The translations under genes were made by a program, and so were the position numbers. A DNA stretch of 64,000 nt. Source: Eledone cirrhosa (lineage: Eukaryota). The notes under the pieces are model-generated. The model did no database searches. It saw nothing but the letters and a program-made list of their open reading frames with translations, and had not been told where the DNA came from. Below, in pieces: positions 39,226 to 52,073 of this stretch (within the stretch, counting starts at the first letter, position 1; each line of letters begins with the position of its first letter). The stretch covers positions 434,001 through 498,000 of the forward strand of contig OZ024743.1 in the NCBI GenBank assembly GCA_964016885.1. The letters are read 5' to 3'.

Positions 39226-40410
39226 TTGGGGGCCCATTACGTATCATTCCACTGAATGAAGCTTTGAAAGACCTGATTTATTCCTTTACCTGACAATAGA
39301 ATGATAGAATAACGCTAGAATTTATTTCCCATTTCGTATCTTCACAACGTAACTAGGATTAAAGAGCAGTCCTAAAATTGTTCCCAATATGTATATGCTA
39401 ACTATTATATAAGAAAGTCAAGAATAAATACGTAGAGTAAAATTTCAGAGCAGAGTAAATATTTGAGTGTGGTATTCTAAACTTTACATAGCAAACACCT
39501 GCAGAATACCAGTTACTGAAATAATAAGCTATTTGTACTCTCTAAGAAAAATATCATAAGGTTTGGTAAAATAGTTCATCTGAGGTTAAATCTAGAAGTC
39601 ATGCAAAGTACTTGGAGATGTGTTATGTGAACAAATGTTAAATGGATATTTAGCATACCAACAGAAAGTTATACTTTGCTATATTACTCCTAGGTGGGAA
39701 AGGGTCACTAACCTAAACCAGCAGAGCAAACTTACACCATCCTATATTCCCAATGCCATACTGTCCTTTAACTGAATCTTAAGACGATTATGATGATGTT
39801 GTCGATGGTGGTGATGATGATGATTATGATGATAATGTTTTGGATGATGACGAATTGATGGTGACGATGAGTATAGTTTTTTTTACACCTTCCCCTTTCC
39901 TCCCTTTTACACACTCACAGATCCACACAAACACACACACACACACACACACATTCACACACACACACGCTTACACACAAACACATATTCTCACACAGAG
40001 TTTGTGCAAAACCCAAAACGCTGATTTTTTTTCTTTTCGCCGTAGAATTTTCACCCTCCCTCTTCTTTCGTTTTAACTCATTCATCTCACGAACGGACTG
40101 ACACACGGACGGACACGATTCGACTTTTATTTAGATAGATATCTCTATATATAACCGTCATAGCGGTTATAGTCATCATCTTTCAACTTCGTTTGACACT
40201 GGTTTTGGGGGCCAATTTCATTCAAGCAGTATTTGATTTAAGCTTTATTTATTAATTATTTTCCGAATTTTCACAATCGTCCGAAGTTCGAGATCAAGAA
40301 AATATGCGTAACAATTTGTGAAATGTCACTTGTCAATGAAATATATTATATGACCATAATTTTTGTACTGAGTACTTCTTTCTTCCTTCTTGTTGATAGT
40401 TATGTGTTTG

Positions 40411-40482
<72 letters not shown>

Positions 40483-41383
40483 ATATATATATATATATAC
40501 AATATATATATGTATACATATCTATGTTTGTGGGGCCATGCCCTCACCCAATTATATTTTTTCACCAAACTAACAAAACCCACATCTATTTGTATATGCG
40601 CTTTAATTTATGTACATGTTATGTAGAGACGGATGGAAGAGATAGACATAGATATAGAGAGGGGGAAAGATTGGTGGTAATTGATATAGAGAGGAAGGTT
40701 GGGAGAGTGTGATGTATATTAGATATAGATAAGGGGATTGAAAGAGAGTTCCGTATTTTATAGAGAAGGAGATAGTTTGGGGTTAATTGATATAGAGAGG
40801 GGTACTGGAAGAGAGTTTCGTGTAGTAGATATAGAGTGGGGGAGAGTTTGGTGCTCATTGATATAGAGAGGGGCATTGGAAGACAGTTGTGTGTAGTATA
40901 TATAGAGAGGGGGAGCGTTTGGTGTTAATTAATATAGGGGGGTGATTGGGAGAGAGTGTTGCATTGTTGATTTAGAGTGGGGAGACTTTGGTGGTAATGA
41001 ATAGTAGATATAGAGAAGGGTAGAGTTTAGTAGTGATGGACAGAGAATGAGAGAGAGAGTGTTGTATGATATAGAGAGGGAAGAGATTGATGTTTATTGA
41101 TATAGAGAGGGGGATTAGAAGAGATTTCCGTGTAGGAGATATATATTTCTATTTATTTGCCACCAGGGCATCAAAGATTGGGACAAATACAAAGGGGGGG
41201 TTTACATACATTTAAAAAGACGTGTAAAAAACATATAACAAATTAAATTTAACAATCGATGTCCTCAATAGGGAGGGGCGTTGACATGGGTCGCACACAC
41301 CCCCGAAAAAATGTGCAACCCTCCTCTTCAGGAGCACAAAGAGCGGGTGCTTCCTTCCTCTCCTCATTCTTCTCCTCTCTCAC

Positions 41384-44300
41384 CTACAGGCTGATATAGA
41401 GAGAAGGCCCATTCACTCGGGCCATTCTCGCTACTTTCACCCATCTTTCATAAAACTTGCTGGGGTAGAGCACCTCTCTCTCCATTCTGATCCTTCTTCT
41501 AAAGTGGTACTTGAAAAAAAAGACCAGTTGTTGGCCGGAGAGATAGGTGTGTGACCTCAGCCCTTTCAACCTTGTCCACCATACAACTTCTTTCGCCATG
41601 GCTATCACACAGAGGAAAACCGCCTCTCCTTCGTTTTTGAAAGGGGGAGGCGGTTTGATTGTGACAATGTTCTCGGTGGTCAACCGGATTGGTCCCACCC
41701 GCGACAGTAGTCGTTCTACATAGCCCCACAGGTCAGCAACGCCCGGGCAGTGTACGAATGCGTGTGCGACGGTTTCCTCGTCACGCACGCATCTTGGACA
41801 GATCTTCTTCGAGGGGTCCCTACCCGGGCGCCCGTGTCTGTAGAGCTTGTCCCGAACGGGTAGAGCTCCTCGGTAACATTGCCAAGCCAGGGACTTTTGG
41901 AAGTTGCCCATCGGTCCCGGGCCAAACGTCCTACCGAACAGACTGGCCAGCTCGTCTTCCTCCATGCCCAAAGCCTGTCCGAGAGCGTCGTCGCACTTAC
42001 TGCGCACCAACCCTCTATAGAATGTTGAGGTTGAGTCTCCACTGATTGCCGGATCCGCTTGCCAGAGGGCCGTGAGCGCCTGGGCACATTCAATGTGCCA
42101 GTCGCCCATTTTTCTCGGTCTTTGCTTGATCCAGGATTGCAGCTCGGTGAGTGAGACGAGTCTCGGAAAGGCTCGCCTCACAAACAGGGCCCACACCGGC
42201 TGACCGGTGAGGAATACCTGGAGGTGCCGTAGCCTTAATGCGTGTCTACGCATCGTCAGCCACGGCATCCCCAGCCCTCCGTTCGAAGGGTGTTGACAGC
42301 AGATGGATCTTCTCACCAAAGGAGCCCACTTCTTCCAAAGAAATCGGAAGAGCGCGCGCTCCATTTTGGCGAGTGTTTTCTCTGGGCAAGGCACGACGGT
42401 CAAGCGGTAGTAGATGACGGACGCTATATAAGCGTTCGCCACCTCCGCTCGACCTTTCAGGGATAGTTTGCACTCGGCCCACTTCTGGGCGAGTGCAAAC
42501 ACCTTGCCCGTTACCTCGTCCCAGTTTTTCTCCACCTGGAGGTCCGGTCCGAACCAGACCCCGAGCAGCTTCACCGGTCCCTCAGTCCAGCGTCCGACGA
42601 TGCCGTCGGAGGGCATCGTTTTGCCCCTCCACGTCCCGAGTTGCAAACCGACGGACTTGTCCCGGTTCAGCTTGGCTCCTGTGAACCTTTCATATTCCTC
42701 CAGTAAGGTGCCGATCTGCCCGATTTCCGAGGCGCACGACACCATCACTGTCACGTCATCGGCGTAGGCCGACACCGCTTTCCGCAATCCCGGTTCCAAG
42801 GGGATGCCCTGCAACAGCTCCAGCTTCCGCAGTAGTGGCTCGAGTGCCAGCATATACAGGAGGGAGGAGAGAGGGCATCCCTGTCGGAAGGATCGCGTGA
42901 TTTGGAACGGCTCCGACAGGTAGCCGTTCACCTTGACCCTCGAGCAGGTGTTGCTGCTGTGCATAGCAGCAATCCAGCCCCTGAAAACGGGTCCGAAGCC
43001 TGCCGCCGGGAGCACCTATCGAACGTCTTAGATTGATCCAAGTTGATCAGGGCCCCACCAAAGCCGGGTTTGTTCCCTACCCTCTCAACGATGTATCGCA
43101 TGAAGTGGAGGTTGTCGTGTATGGACCTGGACGGGATTGCGCATGTCTGCGCTTCTGCCACCAGGTTCCCGACGACAAGCGCCAACCTCTTCGCTGACAC
43201 CTTGGCCAAAATATTTAACTCTGTGTTTAGCAGAGTTATGGGCCTGAAGTTATCTATGTCCTCCCACTTGTTCTCGTCCTTCCTCACCAGCGTGACTACG
43301 CCCTTGGTCACAGAACTGGGAATTCTCCCGTTCTGTTGCCAGTTGCAGTAGACCGCCTCGAGGAGACCGGAGAACAAGCCCGGCATCGCTACATAAAGTT
43401 CGTATGGTAGACCATCGAGACCCGGAGATTTGCGTTTGCCGCATTGGCTCAGCGCTTCCCCTATTTCAGCGGCTGAAATCGGCCTCTCGCAGGACTTCGC
43501 CTCCCCGTCCGAGAGCCGCACCAGACCGTCGAGGTATCGACCGAAATCCATGGCCCCACCCATCCCGCCGCCCCTCCCGAACAGTCGTGCAAAGCGCCGT
43601 TGAAAGGCCGCGCTCATCCGCTCAGGTTCAAGAATCACGCGTCCATCCTGGTCCTTCAAAGACCGAATCGTGGACTTGTTTCCACTTTTTGCCTCTGTCA
43701 CTCGGGCCCAGCTAACAGCTTTGGCTCCCTCGTTACCCAGAGCACGTATTTTACTCCTGACAACGCAGCCCTCGTGCTTCACATCAAAGAACTGGTCTAG
43801 GACCGTTCTTGACGCCAGCACGCCGGCCACGTTGCCACTCCTAATCGCCTCTTCTACTCTATTTGTTAATTCCCTTTCAGTCCTATTCCTATCTGATGCT
43901 AATTCCCGACTAAAACCTATCGATTCTATTCTAATTTCTCTCTTGAGAGAGCCCCACCACCTGCTGTTGACAATTGGCCCCGTCAAACTCTGCTTAACTA
44001 GTGTGCTAATCCGCTTACTGTAAGCTTTGTTTGTCGGTAAAGAAAAGTTTAGCTTCCAGTAACCGGGTCCCTGTCTATGAGTTCTATCAAGGTTGACCAC
44101 TCCGGTCACCAACTTGTGATCCGAATAGTCAACCATGAACATTCGTGGACAGCTTAATATGTCCCTATCCTTATTTCTAACTAGGAACCTATCTAGGTAC
44201 GACCTAGATGTTCCGCTACGATTACTCCACATCCACCGTGGCACAGTCAGAAAATCTAGTCGATATCTATCGGCCAGATCAAATCGGCCGATTAATCGTT

Positions 44301-44772
44301 TGAGGCTGTTACACCCCCCTCTATCGGGACATGCCCCTACATAGTCCCAACGTGCATCCAGAATACCATTCCAGTCCCCCACTAAAAGCAAGGAGCGAGA
44401 CGTTCCCAGGAAATTCTCCAGGCGTCGGAAGAAGTCCGGTCGCGGTGTCCCAGATGGGGCATACGCTGCCACGAGCCTGAAAGCTCCACCTTCACCACTG
44501 CCGACGTCTAAAACCACCAGTCGACCCTTCGGGTCCAGGTGTACCTTCTGTGTGGCAAGACCCAGGTACTTTCGCAGCAGAACCACACCCCCACCCCCAC
44601 CCCTCGGCTGACAGAGAGATGCGTAGATCTCAAAGTCGTCGAAGATGGGGGCCAGTTGGCGCTCGCTGCTGATCCTGGACTCGCAAATAACCATTACATC
44701 CACTCTGTGCGACCTGAGGTCATTTAAGAGTTTGCCCTGTTTCCAGGACATCTCCAAGCCGCGTGCATTCAC
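41384..44772 (-). pseudogene. Tx1/L1 ORF2 (AP endonuclease, RT, CCHC), frameshifted near 43015
   Basis: NARGL, GDWN, YLDRF, YSDH, KSPGLDG, FRPITLLN, DQSKTFDR, then a frame change, RQGCPLS, YADD, CPRC...H...HC. Confidence 0.9.
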
Positions 44773-44837
44773 ACATCCAATCTTATATTGGCACTGTTGG
44801 TGCTGAAGAGTTAAAAAGGAAGAGGAAAGGAAATTAC

Positions 44838-45730
44838 TTACCTCTTCGTCTCCTGGGAACCAGGCTGCACAATTTCCATGGAGGTGTTGGAAGGGTTGTT
44901 TGGTGGGGTGGTGGTTTGTGGTGGGGTGAGGACATCAGTGTGTGGTGGGATTAGGGTGTTTGGTGGGGTATGGGTGTCTGGTGTGGGGGTGGGGAAACAT
45001 CTCAATAGGACGCTGTTATGTGGTTTGGTGCAGTTGGTCCCCACATGCATTGGATGGTTCTTTTTCAAAGTTACATAGGTTTCCGTTGGGACCCTAATCA
45101 TCATTAGGTGCGGTTTGTTCGCTGCGTAGGTGAAAGTGATCCCTTCGGTTTCGACCGAAGGGTTATTTTCTATCGTTTTCATCAACGTTTTATTGTTCTT
45201 GTTAATGTATTCATAGAGTTTTTGTTGTGTTGTGTTTGTTTTTGTTTGTTGTTCTTGTGCGTGTTTACGTTTTGTAGTACGTGTTATGTTTTGGGGAGGG
45301 GTGGGTTTTTTATTTGTGATGTTTGTTCTGTTTGTGCTGGTGGTTGTGTGTTTGTGGCATTTTTGTTAATGTGGTGCCTTTTTTTTTTCTTTTCACCTGT
45401 TGAAAGGGTTCTCCCTCGTCGTCACTGGGTGACGTTGATACGGAGTCCTCTTCCGTGTTGTTGGGGAGGGGTATATTTTGGGGTTTTGTTGTGGTTGCTT
45501 TTGTATTTGTTTTAGGTGGGGAGGGGTTGGGTGGAACAGTGTTTTGTGTCGTTATTTTTCCGTGTTGTTGTGGTTGTTGTTGTTGTTGTTGTGGTGGTGG
45601 TGGTGGTTGTGTTGTTGTGTTCGGGGTTGGCAGAAGAGCCTTTTTTTTTTTTGACTCGTTAATTGAGGACAAGCAGCCCTCTGGTAACCCCTGCTTAAGC
45701 AGTGTAATATGGTTTTTCTTGTAATGTTTT
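44838..45730 (-). pseudogene. Tx1/L1 ORF1 remnants (Pro/Gln/Thr-rich)
   Basis: Two ORF pieces (44838-45185 and 45310-45786) immediately upstream of ORF2. Confidence 0.55.
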
Positions 45731-45773
45731 TCTTTTGTCATATATATTGTTTTTTTAATGTAAAATACAATTA

Positions 45774-47726
45774 CACCGTGTAACAAAAGAAAAATGTTTT
45801 CACTGTTCCTGGCTTGTAATCACTTTTTTGTGTTGCTTAGTTACCAAATAAATAAATAAAAAGTGCTATTAAACAGTTAACAGTTTGGGTTTGTAAACAT
45901 TCTAAGCTATTCACTAGAATTATTTGTATGCTGGATTTTACGTTGTATGTAAGTTTAATTTGCTTATGTTAAATGATTTTGTTTATATATGTTTCAGGTT
46001 AAATTAAAATTATAAAATAAAGAGTAATACCTAAAGAAAATTATAAAAGTGCAATAAAGTATAACATTGTTAAAAAGTGGATTAAAGAGATTTATTGATA
46101 CTGGATTTTCGCACCCTGAATAAAGGGTAAGTTGTGTTTTAAGCACGAATTTTCATTAGTATGGTTAGTGTTTTTTTATATTATTTAAATATGTGTTTAC
46201 CTTTCCAATATTTATTTTGTATTGCATATCAAATTTATTTTCTAAGACAAGTATTCTGATGAAGAGGAGGAGATGGATGCTGAGGACTTGGATTACCTGC
46301 CTGAGGTACCAGAAACATTTCCTCACTTCCCAAACCCAAAAGAAGTCAATGACTTGGTCAGGGATATGGGTCTGACCAAGTCCAATGCAGAGCTATTCGT
46401 CTCCAGGATGAAGCAGTGGAACTTGGTCAAGGAGGAAGTGCAGGTCACAAGTCAGAGAAGTCGACACGAACCTTTCTCAGGCTTTTACACTCTTAGGGAT
46501 GGCCTCTGCTTCTGCCATGACATGCATGGACTGTTTGGCGTTATTGGGGTGCCGTCAATGCCCAAGGAGTAGCGGCTAGTATAGACAGCTCTACCACAAG
46601 TTTGAAGGCTGTCCTCCTCGACAATGGAAACAAGTTCTCGACACTGCCCCTAGCTCATTCAGTCTGCCTGAAGGAAGATTACTACAGTTTGAAAGTCCTC
46701 TTGGAAGCTCTGCCATACAACCAGTACAATTGGGAAATCACTGGAGACTTCAAGATGGTGGCTTTCCTGCTTGGACTCCAAGGGGCTTAATCAAATTCCA
46801 ATACTTCCTCTGCCTTTGGGACAGCAGAGCCACCTCTGACCACTACAAAAGAAAGAACTGGGAGCAGCGAACAGTATTTGTAGTTGGGACCCGGAACGAC
46901 ATGTGGGAGCCACTGGTTGATCCCAGGATTGTGCTCATGCCGCCACTGCACATTAAGTTGGGGTTGATGAAGCAGTTTGTGAAGAATCAGACGCTTTTAA
47001 GTACCTTCTTGAGTTCTTCCCCAAGTTATATGAGGCCAAAATCAAAGGTGGAATTTTTGTTGGACCTCAGATAAAGAAGGTGTTTGAGTCTACTGAGTTC
47101 TCCAATAAGCTCAATAGGATTGAGAGAACAGCATGGAACTGTTTCAAGGCAGTTGTTAAGGGCTTCCTGGGCAACTACAGAGCTGAAAATTACCAGCAAC
47201 TGGTGCAGGATCTGATAAAGGCTTTTGGAGCTTCGTTTGCAGGATGTCGCTTAAACTCCAGATGCTGGACGCTCACCTGGAAAAATTCAAGGACAATATG
47301 GGCGCCTACTCAGAAGAACAAAGCGAACGATTCTACCAAGATGTGAAAGAGATAGAGCGGAGGTATCAGGGCTACTACAATGAAAAAATGATGGGGGACT
47401 ATATCTGGGGGCTAGTGCGGGAATGCGACCTGGACTACAGCCGCAAATCTGACGTGTATAAGTTGCTTTATAAGTGTTATTTGTTTTTACTTGTTTGCTT
47501 TTGATAAGCTTGTGTAATAAAATAAATATATACTCTGTTGATTTAATTATATGAACTGATAAATTTAAAAAAAATGTGTTTTTTCTTGAAAAATATGAAG
47601 ATTTCGAAATATCAAACCACAAACCCAAACTTCTGATTAAATAATAATGTTTTTTTATAATAATAGGATATAACAAACCATGAAATGATACTTAGAAGCG
47701 GGGAACAAAAAATATGTTACACGGAG
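45774..47726 (+). mobile_element. Chapaev3-like (CMC superfamily) DNA transposon with TIRs and TTA target-site duplication; transposase degraded
   Basis: tta|caccgtgtaaca ... tgttacacggag|tta. Transposase motifs LTKSNAEL, KAVLLDNGN, GDFKMVAFLLG, FLCLWDSRA, PPLHIKLGLMKQFVK, MSLKL, SEEQSERFYQD, RRYQG (46250-47460). Confidence 0.82.
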
Positions 47727-47944
47727 TTATTAGATTCTCCAGCTCCTGTATCAACAAAATTTCGCCGGCGATAGATTAGCAAAATTTAATAAGCTGTTGG
47801 GGGGGGGGGAATCTGAAAACTTGATAAGCGAGGGGAGGAGTGGGGGGATTATTCATTACCTGAGAGTACGTGAATTATTGACGGACGCAAGAATGAAAAC
47901 TTAATACCGAAGTAGAGTTTAAATATTCATTTGTTATGGCTTAG

Positions 47945-47994
47945 CTTTGATACTCAGGAGTTTTACCTGCGTACTCACAGGATCATCAGACAAG
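47945..47994 (-). ncRNA. Degenerate type I hammerhead (U10.1-U11.1, GAAA changed to AAAA)
   Basis: CUUGU-CUGAUGA-U-CCUGUG(AGUA)CGCAGG-U-AAAA-CUC(CU)GAG-UA-UCAAAG. Confidence 0.55.
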
Positions 47995-48565
47995 ACGGGT
48001 TATACTGTGCTTGCGCAGATGAAACTTTAGAGTAACAAAGTTCACCAATAGCCATAATAAATGAGTGTATATATATATATATACATTCATATACTGATAT
48101 CATACCAATTTGTTCATCTATATATATATATGAATAAATTTGGTATGCTACCAGTTTCTTACCAAATGAAAAGAAGTTCGATAGGAAAGGGACCAGAGCA
48201 TAATTTTTTTAAAAATTATATATATAGAGAGAGTGGCGGTGGAACTGGGGGTGGCGCCATGCCCCCTTCCTATAATTATATTTCCTCCCCCAAACAACCA
48301 CACCGCACTCCTATTTAGATATGTGCTACAATTTTTGTACATGTTATGTTTATCGCATATCCAAGTTTTCTGACCATTTTTGAGTGCAAACAGCTAATCT
48401 AATAACTAAATTGTGCAAATTGCCCCCTTTCCAATTCAGAAATGTTTCCACCCCCTGTATATGTATATACAGTGGGTGGAACCATACATATATATATATA
48501 TATATATATACGAGATATATATATATATATGTAAGGATATTTTCGAAACAGCGAGTTGGTTTGAA

Positions 48566-48796
48566 ATTATTAGAAATGTAAGTTATCGCCGTATTTTGAC
48601 TAAAGAAATTAAAGAAATTATTTAGCCTGATAGTGGGGTTAAGAACCCTCGGAGAAATGGAAAAAGATGAGTATTGACGTACATGGGACGTCAATACTCA
48701 TCTTTTTCCATTTCTCCGAGGGTTCTTAACCCCACTATCAGGCTAAATAATTTCTTTAATTTCTTTAGTCATAATACGGTGATAGCTTACATTTCT

Positions 48797-48802
<6 letters not shown>
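48566..48802. repeat. Inverted repeat (~115-bp arms, 7-bp spacer) between (TA)n tracts
   Basis: Arms 48566-48680 and 48688-48802. Confidence 0.85.
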
Positions 48803-48853
<51 letters not shown>

Positions 48854-48924
48854 TTAGAGTTATAAACTCAAACAGTCTTTTACAATTAATTAGCTCAAAG
48901 AAAGAAGCATTTCTGAGCCGTGAA

Positions 48925-49732
48925 ATACAAGTTAATATAAATTAATATATGATAAACGCCAATATGAACATATTAGCGTTTGCATTGTAAACGACCAAAT
49001 TAGCTAGATTGAAAAATACTAATTAGATTAATACAGTTTGCCTGTCTCGATTTAAAATAATAAATCAATAAAAACAAACCCATATTGGCAATAGCCGTGA
49101 TACCTGGACAAATTTAAATTTCAAAACCCAAATAAGTTTCGCAACGATAATTTAAAAAAGTGAAAAATTCCAATTCCTGTGGTCATCAACAGGTATCCAG
49201 AAATTAGCATGTTTCACCTCGAAATATTTTTGAAGGACTGGTAATCAAATGCTAACGCACGTGGTTTCCCAGCTCCTAGCTAGCCCCATACTCATGCTGC
49301 TAGAAATAACAGCCTGTTGTTGAGCTAAATTTTAATCCCATATAGAAGGCTGTTATTTCTAGCAGCATGAGTATGGGGCTAGCTAGGAGCTGGGAAACCA
49401 CGTGCGTTAGCATTTGATTACCAGTCCTTCAAAAATATTTCGAGGTGAAACATGCTAATTTCTGGATACCTGTTGATGACCACAGGAATTGGAATTTTTC
49501 ACTTTTTTAAATTATCGTTGCGAAACTTATTTGGGTTTTGAAATTTAAATTTGTCCAGGTATCACGGCTATTGCCAATATGGGTTTGTTTTTATTGATTT
49601 ATTATTTTAAATCGAGACAGGCAAACTGTATTAATCTAATTAGTATTTTTCAATCTAACTAACTTGGTCGTTTACAATGCAAACCCTTATATGTTCATAT
49701 TGGTGTTTATCATATATTAATTTATATTAACT

Positions 49733-49737
<5 letters not shown>
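48925..49737. mobile_element. Palindromic non-coding element (arms 48925-49315 and 49347-49737) with a hammerhead variant in each arm, between (TA)n tracts
   Basis: Near-perfect inverted repeat, related to 2394-3261. Confidence 0.8.
49465..49563 (+). ncRNA. Type I hammerhead variant (U3-G8); mirror copy at 49099-49197 (-)
   Basis: GAUACCUG-UUGAUGA-...-GAAAC...GUC-CAGGUAUC. Stem I 8 bp, stem II weak. Confidence 0.55.
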
Positions 49738-49782
<45 letters not shown>

Positions 49783-49805
49783 ATGTAGAAAAGTAACACA
49801 TGAGT

Positions 49806-49876
<71 letters not shown>

Positions 49877-49878
<2 letters not shown>

Positions 49879-50309
49879 AAGATCGGAATTAAGAGTATTC
49901 CGCAGTTCACTGTAATAATAATAATAGTATTAGCTCAAAGAAGAATAGAGAATTTCCTTTTGAGCTCAAATGCAAATATATTACACAAAGAGAAGTGTGT
50001 TACACAGTGAGATGTGTGTAAAGAGGTTAGATGTGTCGTGAACAGTGTCCACATTTGCTGACTGAGGATCCTGTGGCCTATTATACTACACATATCAGTG
50101 GTGAAACGAAGCGAGATTCGTATCAGCAAACTTATAGTTCAAAGGTTGGTAATTTAAAACTCTAATTCAGAGATTTGATTCTGACTTAGTTTTTTTCTAT
50201 TTAATTGCCTGTAGATATTGTTCTCTATACAGTAACGGTAAAACTCACTTGTAATAATTCTTTACACACATCTCACTGTGTAACACACTTCTCTTTGTGT
50301 AATATATTT
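49877..50309 (+). mobile_element. (TA)n-flanked non-coding element with a hammerhead and an inverted copy of its 3' end
   Basis: 49974-50024 is the reverse complement of 50259-50309. Confidence 0.7.
50054..50130 (+). ncRNA. Type I hammerhead ribozyme
   Basis: UUUGCUGA-CUGAGGA-U[irregular stem II]U-GAAA-CGAA(GCGAGA)UUCG-UA-UCAGCAAA. Stem I 8 bp, GUA site. Confidence 0.75.
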
Positions 50310-50461
50310 ATATATATATATATGTTTATATATTATGTTCATATATTATGGAATACTTATATATATGTGAATACATATATATGTTCATATATTATGGAAT
50401 ACTGTTGGCTTTTTGCTACAATATTTTCTATACCTTTCATTTATATATATATATATACATA

Positions 50462-51097
50462 TACCAAAGAAGCCTTCAATACATCAACAGTCTTTATTTA
50501 TATTGTTTGTGCAAATTGACCGGAGATTATAAATTATAAATTATATAATTATATAGTATATTATATATTATATGTTTATTTTTATTCATTTCTTTATCAT
50601 TTTATACTGTAAATAATATATGTATTATATTTATATTTAAACTCTTAATAAGTGTTAGTTTTGTGTTTGTATTGATGGATATGTGTATTGATATATATAT
50701 ATATATATGTGTACATATGTATATATGTATATTGGGCCTTTTAATATTATTATTATTATCATTATCAATTATATTATATTATATTATATTATATTATATT
50801 ATATTATATTATATATCGTACTGTAATTCTCGCTTTATATCACCACTTGTGTTTAGTTTTAGTTTTTGCATTGTACTATATTTGTAATATGGTTCAAAAT
50901 GTTATTCACTTCCTTAGCAATTTTTACTTGATAATTTTCCTATGCTTTAATGTATGTATACTCCATATTCTTCTGAGTTTTTGGCTTGTATTGGCCGATA
51001 GTGCTTCTTGTAGCTTTACTTGCTCTGATGAGTCCTTAATAGGACAAAACATTGTTGGCTAATAAAGACTTTTGATGTATTGAAGGCTTCTTTGGTT
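50462..51097 (+). mobile_element. PLE pLTR-like remnant with a degenerate hammerhead and an inverted 3' end
   Basis: 50462-50498 is inverted relative to 51061-51097. At 51022-51060, CTGATGA-GTCCT(taat)AGGAC-AAAAC-ATT-GTT, then AATAAA. Confidence 0.55.
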
Positions 51098-51549
51098 TAT
51101 TTTCATAATTCTTCGGCTCTGTTTAATTACATTGAGCTATATCTTTACTGTCATTTCTATAATATGAAGAGGGTGTTTAACTCCAACACACTCTAGTATT
51201 TTAATTCTACATACATATATATATATATATGTATGTATATATATACATATATATAATATATATAGAATATATATATCATATATTATATATATATATATAT
51301 AATCGTGGGTGTATACGTGTGTGTATGCGTGCAAAAACGTAGAAAGAGTCTGGCAGATGATATATTTCTCATATAGACGTAATTAGTTGAGTTCCGGATT
51401 AAAGTAATATATACATATCTAATTTGTCTGGTATATACGAGATTATTCAATTTCCGTTCTATTTTCTGCATAAACGTTATTATACCTCGAACTTATATAT
51501 TTGTTTTTCAATATATTTTTTCAATATAGTTTTTCAATATATTTGTTTT

Positions 51550-52073
51550 GCAAGCTCAAAAGAGCCACAGAATGTTATAATAAACCTTCAAAAGTGTGGG
51601 ACTAGAGTTGTTACTCAAAAATATTGTAATCATTATCTATCGTACATTCTGTGGCATCCTTTATAAAAATATCATAATAATTACATTTATGTTTAATAAT
51701 TGTTTCTACTTTTGGCACAAGGCCAGCACTTATACCAGTGTATTACTGGTACTTTATTTTATCGACCCCGTAAGTATGAAAGGCAAAGTCAACCTCGGCA
51801 GGATTTGAACTCAGATCGTAAAGGGACGTAACTATGCTGGAAAGCATGGCGTCCGACCCTCTACCGATACTGCCAATCCACTGCCCTTTAATAATATTAC
51901 GTAATTATTTATAGCTGTTATTACATTAAACATAAATGTAATTATTATGATATTTTTATAAAGGATGCCACAGAATGTACGATAGATAATGATTACAATA
52001 TTTTTGAGTAACAACTCTAGTCCCACACTTTTTGAAGGTTTAGTATAACATTCTGTGGCTCTTTTGAGCTTGC
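51550..52073. repeat. Palindrome (arms about 51550-51697 and 51925-52073) interrupted by a SINE (about 51700-51887, minus strand)
   Basis: Arms are reverse-complementary. The SINE is flanked by tttaataat direct repeats. Confidence 0.8.

Larger units (their letters stand above)
41145..45730 (-). mobile_element. Tx1/L1-clade non-LTR retrotransposon, near full length, disrupted
   Basis: ORF1 fragments, ORF2 APE-RT-CCHC, 3' UTR with AATAAA. Confidence 0.9.

Noticed and set aside
41384-44772. Programmed frameshift in Tx1 ORF2
   Set aside because: Residues normally following KxFDR are missing, which indicates a small inactivating deletion.
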